The notes below the pieces were generated by a model. The model ran no database searches. It was not told the origin of the DNA and saw only the letters and a list, made by a program, of their open reading frames with translations. Source: Octopus vulgaris (lineage: Eukaryota). Taken from it: DNA of 64,000 bases. Location: contig OX597839.1 of the NCBI GenBank assembly GCA_951406725.2, positions 13,330,001 through 13,394,000 of the forward strand. The letters are read 5' to 3'. Made by a program: the position numbers and the translations under genes. Of the stretch, positions 54,531 to 64,000 are shown piece by piece; within the stretch, counting starts at the first letter, position 1, and every line of letters starts with the position of its first letter.

Positions 54531-55045
54531 TGTGGAGGCGCAATGGCCCAGTGGTTAGGGCAGCAGACTCAGTCGTAGGATCGCGGTTTCGATTCTCAGA
54601 CCAGGCATTGTGAGTGTTTATTGAGCGAAAACACCTAAAGCTCCACGAGGCTCCGACAGGGGGTGATGGCGATCCCTGCTGTACTCTTTCACCACAACTT
54701 TCTTTCACTCTTTCTTCCTGTTTCTGTTGTACCTGTATTTCAAAGGGCCAGCCCTGTCACACTCTGTGTCACGCTGAATCTCCTTGAGAACTACGTTAAG
54801 GGTACACGTGTCTGTGGAGTGCTCAGCCACTTGCACGTTAATAAATGAGCTGCGATGTCACAGGTGCCAAGCTGTATTGGCATTTGCCTTTCCCTTGGAT
54901 AATATTGGTGGTGTGGAGAGGGAAGGCTGGTATGTGTGGGCGACTGCTAGTCTTCCATAAACAACCTTGCCCAGACTTGTACCTCGGAGGGTAACTTTCT
55001 AGGTGCAATTCCATGGTCATTCGTGACCGAAAGAGGTCACACACA
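54531..55045 (+). mobile_element. tRNA-derived SINE family B, long variant, nested in a family C SINE
   Basis: A/B boxes at 54544-54595; 11-bp TSD attttatcaac (54520-54530, 55046-55056). Confidence 0.82.
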
Positions 55046-56536
55046 ATTTTATCAACCCTGAAAAGATGAAAGGCAGAGTCAACCTCAGCGGAATTTGAAC
55101 TCAGAATGTGAAGATGGATGAAATGCTGTTAAGCATTCTGCCAGCCATGCTAATGATTCTGCTAGCTTGCCGCCTTAAAGCCAGCTAATATTATCTTATT
55201 TCTTTATTGCTCACAAGGGGCTAAACACAGAGGGGACAAACAAGGACAGACAAACGGAATAAGTCAATTACATCGACTCCAGTGCGTGGTAAGTAGCTTG
55301 CTTACCAACCACATGGTTCCTGGTTCAGTCCCACTGCGTGGCACCTTGGGCAAGTGTCTTCTGCTATAGCTTCGGGCCGACCAAAGCCTTGTGAATGGTA
55401 GACGGAAACTGAAAGAAGCCCATCATCATCATCATCATTTATATTTTATATGTATGTGTGTGTATATGTTTGCGTGTCTGTGTTTGTCCCCCAACATTGC
55501 TTGACAACCGATGGTGGTATGTTTACGTCCCCGTAACTTAGCGGTTCGGCAAAAGAGATCGATAGAATAAGTACTGGGCTTACAAAGAATAAGTCCTGGG
55601 GTCGATTTGCTCGACTAAAGGTGGTGCTCCAGCATGGTCACAGTCAAATGACTGAAACAAGTAAAAGAGAAAAGAGTATACATGTATACACACACAAATA
55701 CACATCATTATCTTCATCATAATCATTTACCATCCATTTTCCATGCTGGCATGGGTTGGATGGCTTGACAAGAGCTAGCAAAGTCAGGAGCTGCACCAGA
55801 GTTTGGGTTGGTTTCTACAGTTAGATGCTCTTTCTAATGCCAACCACTTCACAGAATGTACTGGGTGCTTTTTATGTGACACCATCACCAGTGCCATTTA
55901 TGTGACACCAGCATCAACACCAATGCTTTTTATATGGAATATATAAATATTTTTAATTATATGTTTTTTTCATGACAAAGCAATACAATTTGTTAAATAG
56001 AACAAATAGATGGTAAAACACGTTACTTCAGTATTTCACGGTTAGAACCTTTTCCTCAGGAAATTGTTAGAGAAAAGTTATTCACTGACTTCTTTAAACT
56101 GTAGTATTACATAGGTATTTGAATGTGCAATTTTGCTCTACTATTAATAGATGGTGTATATTTCTGAATTAAAAGAGCCTCTTTTATTTTCAAGTTCCCA
56201 GCTACAGGACAAAGAATTTGGCGAATAACTTTTCTCCAATGATTATACCATCAATCTGTTCAATTTTACAATTTGCATTGTCTTGGCTTAAAAAGCAATT
56301 AAAGATAAATATATATATATATATATATAAGGTGGTGCTCCAGCATGGCTGCAATAAAATCACTGAAACAAGTAAAAGATCATATATGGCTGTGTGCTAA
56401 GAAGCTTGCTTCTCTACCATGTGGTTCCAGGTTCAGTCTTACTGCATGGCACCTGGGCCAAGTGTCTTCTGTTATAGTCTTCGGCCAACCAAAGTCTTGT
56501 GAGTGGATTTGGTAGCCGGAAACTGAAAGAAGCCTG

Positions 56537-56573
<37 letters not shown>

Positions 56574-56582
<9 letters not shown>

Positions 56583-56810
56583 ATATGTTACATTTACTCA
56601 ATAGTCAAGATAAAACTCTGAGTTTCAGATGCCGAAGTGGAAATCCACAACACCATCTTCGGCATCTGAAACTCAGAGTTTTATCTTGACTATTGAGTAA
56701 TGTAACATATTATTTTATAGATAAATTTCCTCTATTTACATAATATTGAGGTCTCTTTCTTTCTTTTGTTATCTCACCGTTTTTACCAATATATATATAT
56801 ATACACACAC
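56574..56810. mobile_element. Fold-back element inserted in the (TA)n of a family A SINE
   Basis: Near-perfect ~63-bp arms (56574-56637 / 56657-56719) followed by a unique tail. Confidence 0.72.
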
Positions 56811-57160
56811 ACATATTCTAAATTGATGTAATGTTTGCATTGTTCAGTTAAATGGAGTTGCATGAAACGATTGTACTGCATTACCTCTGGATATCCTTGT
56901 TGCTTATTTTGATGTGTGTGTGTGTTTGTGTGCCCTACCCCCCCCCCCATCACTTGACAGCTGATGTTGGTGTGTTTACGCCCCCGTAACTTAGTGGCTC
57001 GGCAAAAGAAGACCAATAGAATAAGTACTAGGCTTACAAATAATAATAAATCCTGGGGTTGATTTCTTCGACTGAAACACTTAAAGTGGTGCTCCAGCAT
57101 GGCCACAGTCAAATGACTGAAACAATTAAAAGATGTGTATGAGAGAGAGAGCGAGAGAGA

Positions 57161-57197
<37 letters not shown>

Positions 57198-57457
57198 TGT
57201 GTGTTCAAAAGGCTCGAACACTCAACACATTATATACAGAGTTGTCATTCTTTGGTCACTGATGACTTACATAGCTGTTACTCAGAATTTTATTGGCATG
57301 CAACCACGACTCTAATTGATTTTATAAGCTTGTAATGACTTTTAACCAGCAACTGTCTGATTCGATACATACTTTAGTAGTGCCTATGGGACTCTTATTA
57401 ACAGACGTGTGTAAGTTACTAATTTGCCTGCCTACAAATATAAATGTGTATGCATGG

Positions 57458-57499
<42 letters not shown>

Positions 57500-57953
57500 G
57501 TGTATGTATGTGTGAGTTATCGGCTGTAGGTATATACTCCATTTTGATAATTGTATAATTTGGTTAATTGCATATGCAAATAAACTACTTCTCAGTTATA
57601 TACTGCATTTGATCACATTAAAGGCATGTGGGCATGTTAGATGCATTCTATGTAAAAATAGCTTTTAGTGCATTAAATATTATAGGATACACCAACATTG
57701 TATATAGAAAGCAGTGTGATTTTGGAGACATTTCTTTCGAAACAAAGTGAGTCTTATATGCCATGAGTCTTGTGAGAGTCCTATGTCTGTGTATATATGA
57801 TGTCCACTTTTGCATACAGGACCAGGATGTTCTATTTTGAGACATTTCTTTGGAAAGAAAGTGAGTCCTATATGCCTCTAAGTTACGTGGGCGTAAACAC
57901 ACCAGCATCGGTTGTCAAGCGATGGTGGGGGACAAACACAGACACACATACAT

Positions 57954-57992
<39 letters not shown>

Positions 57993-59059
57993 TATACGAC
58001 TGGCTTCTTTCAGTTTCCGTCTACCAAATCCACTCACAAGGCTTTGGTCGGCCCGAGGCTATAGTAGAAGAAACTTGCCTTGTAATGGGACTGAACCTGG
58101 AACCATGAGGTTGGTGAGCAAGCTACTTACCACACAGCCACTCCTACGCCTAACTGAAAAAGAATCCCTTATAGGCTTTTGTTACCATATTTATCCTGAA
58201 ATACATCATCTTTGTTTTGGTTAATTTTTTTTTTAACCTTTTATCTTTTACCTGTTTCAGTCACTAGACTGCAGCCATGCTGGAGCACTGCTTCGAAGAA
58301 ATTTTCGTTGAATGAATTGACCCCAAGATTTATAAGCCTGGACTTATTCTGTTGGTCTCTTTATTCTTTATTGCCTACAAGGGGCTAAACATAGAGGGGG
58401 CAAACAAGGACAGACAAAGGGATTAAGTCGATTACATCGACCCCAGTGCATAACTGGTACTTAATTTATTCACCCCGAAAGGATGAAAGGCGACCTCGGC
58501 GACAAAATACCGCTAAGTATTTCGCCTGAAATGTGAACGATTCTGCCAGCTTTTGGTGGAACTGCTAAGTTATGAGGACTCAAACAAATCAACAACCAGT
58601 TGCCAAGTGATGCTGGGGGACAAACACAAATACACACACACACACACATCTGTTAGCTATCTTTCGTTATTCTGTACCACATGGTGTCTCTCTATAGATT
58701 GTTTGTTCCTTCTCGACCCATGCCTGGCTCATAAGGGCCAGTTTCTCGGTTTCTTGGCGTATAGGTTCCCCACCTGGACGGGACGCCTGTCCATCGCAGG
58801 TAAGCTGCAAGATGCAGGAGGAAAGAGTGAGAGAAAGTTCTGGCGAAAGAGTCAGCAGAAGTTACCTTCTGCTGGAGCCGCGTGAAGCTTAGGTGTTTTT
58901 CGCTCATAAACACACACATCGCCCGGTCTGAGATTCGAACCCGTGATCCCTCGACCGTGAGTCCGCTGCTCTAACCACTAGGCCATGTGCCTCCACTCTC
59001 TCTCTATAGATGCAATCAGTTGAGGCACCCTATACACACACACACGTCAGTGTCCTATT

Positions 59060-59390
59060 TCTTGCTCTTAACATCAACAAAGCTTTCAATCACGACTGGT
59101 GACCAAATCCTTTATTAAAACTGTCCTCCTAATGAGGTTTGTTCGTGTCTCACTTTCTGAATCTGTGGCTTCCAATCAGATATTTTTTCAGCATTTATTG
59201 ATGGAGCTCTCTCTCTCTCTCTCTGAACTACATTATCAACTGTAGTGTAATTCAAATTGATGTCTTACACCCTCTTTTTCTTACATTTCAGCCGCCTATT
59301 TGCTGTCATCTACGACAAGACTCACCCCAACTCCGATGATAATGCCTTTCATTTCTCCTTTACCTTCAGCATCTGAGCATCATCTATATG
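59060..59390 (+). mobile_element. Highly degraded CR1/L2/Jockey-type RT fragment
   Basis: LALNINKAFNHDW (cf. ALDISKAFDRVW), LLKL, and a residual SDD at the YADD position. Confidence 0.45.
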
Positions 59391-59714
59391 CAACCTAGAG
59401 ACCTCGCACCATGTCTATATACATGAGCTGTGCAGACATGTATGTATGTGCATGTGTCCATGCAGATACCTAAATTAATGCACACCTTGAGAAAACATGC
59501 ACACACAAATGTATATACACATGATATGTATGAAAGAAAAAAAAAACGATGTAAATAATTTTGCAGAAAAGTTATCTCCCTTGAACTACTGAAAATTAAC
59601 ATTAAGCTTCACTCTCACCTTGAAGCCAGAATACTACTCCACAACCGTTAAACATTATTCATATCAATATACTATAAGCTGAATTTATCGTATTTTACAC
59701 ATTAGTATATCAGA

Positions 59715-60232
59715 GAGGGAATGGTGAGCATGAGCAAGGTCTGGAAGAGTGGAGACATCAGCTTCACTACCAAATGCAGATTGGTGAATGCAATCGTCTT
59801 CCCAATAGCAACAAATGGATGCGAGATCTGGACACTAAAGAAAGCTGACCAGAAGAGAATTAATGCATTTGAGCTTTGGTGTTGGAAAAGACTTTTACAG
59901 ATTCCATGGACAGCGAGGCTCACCAATGAAGAAGTTCTTAAGCAGATCAGGCCGAAACTGTCACTAGAAGCAAGGATCACCAAGCATAGATTGACATATT
60001 TTAGTCATATTTTGCGGAGAAAATCCCTGGAGAAGGACATCATGCTCGGAATGGTCAGTGGCAAGAGAGGAAGAGGCCGACCAAGAACCCGCTGGCTTAA
60101 CACCATCAAGGGTGACACAGGAATGGCCATAGCCAATCTGAAAGAAGCGACCCAGGATAGAACTGGCTGGAGAACACTGATCCATCGAGTAACCGAGAGT
60201 CGACTTCAACTGAACGGAGAGATAGATAGATA
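59715..60232 (+). mobile_element. 5'-truncated RTE (BovB-like) LINE 3' end
   Basis: TKCRLVNAIVFP...GCEIWT...AFELWCWKRLLQIPWTAR...SLEKDIMLG...RGRGRPRTRW; short (GATA)n tail. Confidence 0.9.
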
Positions 60233-60391
60233 TCATTTTACCACCATTTCCCTTTTTCATATTAGATAATCACTCTTTATTATATAATTCTACATCCATA
60301 ATGTGAAGGCGCATGGATTGGGAGTTAGGCTGTTGCACTGATGATCATATGGACATCTGGATATTCTTGATATATCTTGATTTGGATTTTA

Positions 60392-60435
<44 letters not shown>

Positions 60436-60806
60436 GACAGGCTTCTTTTGATTTCCATCCACCAACTCAACTCACAAGGTTTTGGTTGGCCCAAATGATG
60501 ATGATGATGATGATGATTTTGTAGCTTTGCTATCACACACACACACACACACCAGCCTCTAATATCACAGAAGCACTGTTTGCTGTAAACTAGTTAGTGA
60601 AGTAACATCCTTCGTGATTCAGATGTCTCTAATGTCTAATTTGTTTCACTCCAATCAACTTCCCAAACAACAACAACAACAGCAACAGCAAAAACAGCAG
60701 CAACAATGGCAGCAGCAACAATGATGACAATCATATCAACAACAACATCAACAGCAGCAAGAACAAATCTGAAACCAACAACATATATATATATATATAC
60801 ACATAC

Positions 60807-60862
<56 letters not shown>

Positions 60863-61711
60863 GTATGTATATGTATATATATATATCAATCCAATATTTT
60901 AAGTACACTTCTACATTTTCTACATTTATCATTCATTTCGATCACGGAAAGATCAATAATGTATTGATTTTTCGCTGGGGATTGTATCTCTATGAAGAAG
61001 ATGAAATTATTATTGAAACTTGTCAGTTTTGACAGACAGGTAAAAGCTTTAATGGTTTTACAATTCTTCTGGAACCCCGTTGTTGTGTGATTAGTTTTTA
61101 GTTTGGAAAACTCAACGGATGAAATCGTCCGCAATTTTCAAGCTTCTTTTTCATGACATCTTCAAGGTTCCCATTTCAAAAACATCTGCTTCGACCTTGA
61201 CCCTAAGTTCATTTCTATCTCCCTCTCTCTCTCGTTCTCTCTCCTTGAATTACTTCGGCTTCTTGATGAAATAAGTACAGCTATTATTGTAAAAGGCTTT
61301 TGTTGTTTGGATCACGTGAAATCTAATCAATACCAATCTATATCAATCAATACACAAAAGACTTTCGGCCTTATTTGTTTTATTCTTGCCGTTCTCAGTA
61401 GCTTACATGGATTGCTATCTGGTGTAATGGTGGGAACTGGAGACTCTTGTAATGGACACGCACAGCTGATTCATGAATTGGAGTTGAAGTACAACCTCAA
61501 GTTGGAGTCAAACTCATTAAATCAGGAGCTAATTACACTATCATTGGCATTATGCTGTATTCATAAACATGGTTCTTAAGTCTTCCAGAACAACTAGAAT
61601 TAGATCCTCCTTCTCATTATCATTCTAATGTCCGCTTTTCCTCCCTTCTATGGGTCAGATGGAATTTAATATTGAGGCAGACAGACATTTCTTTCATGAA
61701 GGTTGTATTCC

Positions 61712-61944
61712 AGGCGGCGAGCTGGCAGAAACGTTAGCACGCCGGGCGAAATGCGTAGCCGTATTTCATCTGTCGTTACGTTTTGAGTTCAAATTCCGCC
61801 GAGGTCAACTTTGCCTTTCATCCTTTTGGGGTCGATAAATTAAGTACCAGTTATGTACTGGGGTTGATGTAATCGACTTAATACCTATGTCTGTCCTTGT
61901 TTGTCTCCTCTGTGTTTAGCCCCTTGTGGGTAATAAAGAAATAG
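61712..61944 (+). mobile_element. SINE family C monomer (many further copies across the window)
   Basis: ggcggcgagctggcagaaacgttag head, Meta-like core, tail agccccttgtgggtaataaagaaata. Confidence 0.85.
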
Positions 61945-62375
61945 ATTGTATTCCACTAACAAGTTTACAGCAAACAGTTCTGTGCTATTAGTGACTTTAG
62001 TGTGTGGTTGTAAGGCCATGAAATCGCAATATATATATAACCCTGGCAGTTTTATATATATATGTATACATACATATATATATATATTGAAACATTAAAA
62101 GACGGTTGAAACACTCCTGTTACAACCTGGGACCTTGAAGACTGCTTTAATGTAAGAAAGTATACTAGTCCCTTAATATTTTATATTTAATATTTCATCT
62201 ATTCAATAAGACAATCAATACTTCATTTCATTTTACTATATATATATACTATTTATACTATATATTCTATATTCTACATTAATATTATAAAGAATATAAA
62301 TAAAACATAAAAAACAGAAAGAGTTGGAATTCCTTTGAATAATTTATATCCTTCTATACACAATCATACAAACCC

Positions 62376-62415
<40 letters not shown>

Positions 62416-62480
62416 TTTTTTTCGTAATGAGATAATAAAACCAAGGCTGAGTAGATTTTAGAACATTTATAGATAGAAGG

Positions 62481-62526
62481 TCTTACAGCTGTTTCCAGGA
62501 TATTTATTATATCCCTTCATCGGAGA
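62481..62526 (-). ncRNA. Minimal type-I hammerhead ribozyme variant (U4->C)
   Basis: TCT-CCGATGA-AGGGATAT-aataa-ATATCCTG-GAAAC-AGCT-GTA-AGA. Confidence 0.55.
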
Positions 62527-62959
62527 TGGTGTGAGAGAAGAGTTTAGTCATAGTTAATTTAGATATGATACAAAATAGAGAGTGAGGCGGAGGAAAGAAA
62601 ATAGACGTGAGATATATATATTGAATTTGTAGATCCATTTTTTTAGGGAAAATGTTATACATGTAAGATTCCAATACTTTATGAGTAAAATCCAACAGTA
62701 TTTAAATCGGTCATTCCAAGTATCGAGTCTATACACAGTGTTTTTGAATCAAAGGTTTTTCTTTAAAGTGACCTAAAAATAGGGAGTGTATTAGTATGGT
62801 CAAATTGGATGGAACTTACACTCGCCTCCTTATGAGAGGCACCCCAGTTTTTGACATTGAAAAATCAAGCATAGTCTGACTATATTTGAGTTAATAAGGT
62901 TTGACTGTAAGTACTATATTTACTTGTGTTATAAATAACATCCCTAATTTAGAGTTAAA

Positions 62960-63327
62960 TCTCTATATATATAAACTGCAAAATGTCTGTCTGCGTGTGT
63001 GTCCTTTATACAAATCCACAATTTTTCAGTTAGAGGGCTCGCACTTTCTATGGTCATTGAAAACCATCCAAGGGTGGTCATGCACATCTTCACATTTCCC
63101 CAGTCACCCCGCAGAGCCATTAAAAAATCAATAGAAGTGACTTTTTTGTGAATTTTCTATCCAAAACCCAATCAAAATGCCCAAAACTTGATACGCCAAT
63201 TGAATGCCAGCTAGCTGTATGTGATTGGTCGGAGATTTGGACAGTACTCACGTGTATGTGCGCATACACGCAGCTGTATATGCATGCACTAGCACTATGA
63301 CCAGGCAATGCCAGGTCATAGTGCTAG
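62960..63327 (+). mobile_element. Non-autonomous Helitron
   Basis: A|TC start, 3' hairpin gcactatgacc...ggtcatagtgc, CTAG|T end, no TSD. Confidence 0.85.
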
Positions 63328-63517
63328 TATTAGTATAAAATCTTTTCCCTTCATAGTTTTAACTTTGCTCCATGTATATGTCGCACCCCAGGTTTTTCAG
63401 TTACAAATCAAGCATAAAATAGTGTGACTTATGTTTCAGTAAATACAGTATGGATGTAAGTATAGTATTTACTTGTGTTATAAGTCACATCTTTAGTGTT
63501 AAATCTTGATATAAAAT

Positions 63518-63647
63518 TTAACACAACGGTGAGTGTGTTAAATTATAAGGCACAAAAAGAAAATGACTCTCCCCAGACACAACAGAATATGCTTCAACAC
63601 ACGAACTCATATAAAGAATCTTGCAAACCAAATCCCAAAACGAAATA
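63518..63647 (+). mobile_element. Short copy of the 43052 fold-back family
   Basis: 12-bp TSD ttgatataaaat (63506-63517, 63648-63659); tiny 5' inversion ttaacaca/tgtgttaa. Confidence 0.72.
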
Positions 63648-64000
63648 TTGATATAAAATGTCTTCCTTTAATAGTTTTAGTTTTGTCCTGTGTATAAGTT
63701 ATACCCCAGGTCTCCAGTCAAAATCAAGTATAAAATAATATAATTTATGCAAAATTAAATATGGCAGCTAGCATCCCATCTTTTAATCAAATACTGTGTA
63801 TCTAAAACTACATTGTATAATGTTTATTTGAAAAAATAACAAAAAAAAAAAAACACTAAAGTATGTTTGGGGTATCAGATTTGGCTGCTATGTCTAGCAC
63901 ATCAAACAACTGCATAGAGGTTCCTTTGTCATGTATAGAGATAGTGAACTTCCTGATTCTCAGTTACAGGAAAAAAGATTTTTTTTTTTTGTTGTCGAAG

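Noticed and set aside
60992-61039. Possible plus-strand first exon MKKMKLLLKLVSFDRQ|gtaaaa
   Set aside because: Short, no recognisable homology and no downstream exon identified in the window.
61307-61579. 90-aa ORF with a hydrophobic stretch
   Set aside because: Non-ATG start, no motif, no splice support.

Overview
AT-rich, microsatellite- and SINE-saturated animal genomic DNA; the repeat landscape suggests an octopus/cephalopod (inference). One host protein-coding gene is supported: a minus-strand hillarin/KY-like gene (coiled coil, transglutaminase-like domain, Ig-like repeats). Six phase-compatible GT-AG exons between 23307 and 8539 give 741 aa, and two further candidate 5' exons lie at 24921-24951 and 26270-26313. 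The transglutaminase catalytic triad appears degenerate. The rest is mobile DNA: a full-length IR/DR Tc1 element, deleted mariners, pogo/Tc2- and hAT-type MITEs, Helitron and Helentron-like elements, RTE/BovB-, R4-, Hero- and CR1/L2-like LINE remnants, and at least four SINE families. The most interesting signal is a set of Penelope-type fold-back insertions with minimal type-I hammerhead ribozyme motifs. It includes one TSD-flanked element that joins a tRNA-like Pol III head to a hammerhead (2503-3096). Most ORFs in the supplied track are microsatellite or SINE artefacts. All family assignments are by motif recognition; no database search was run.
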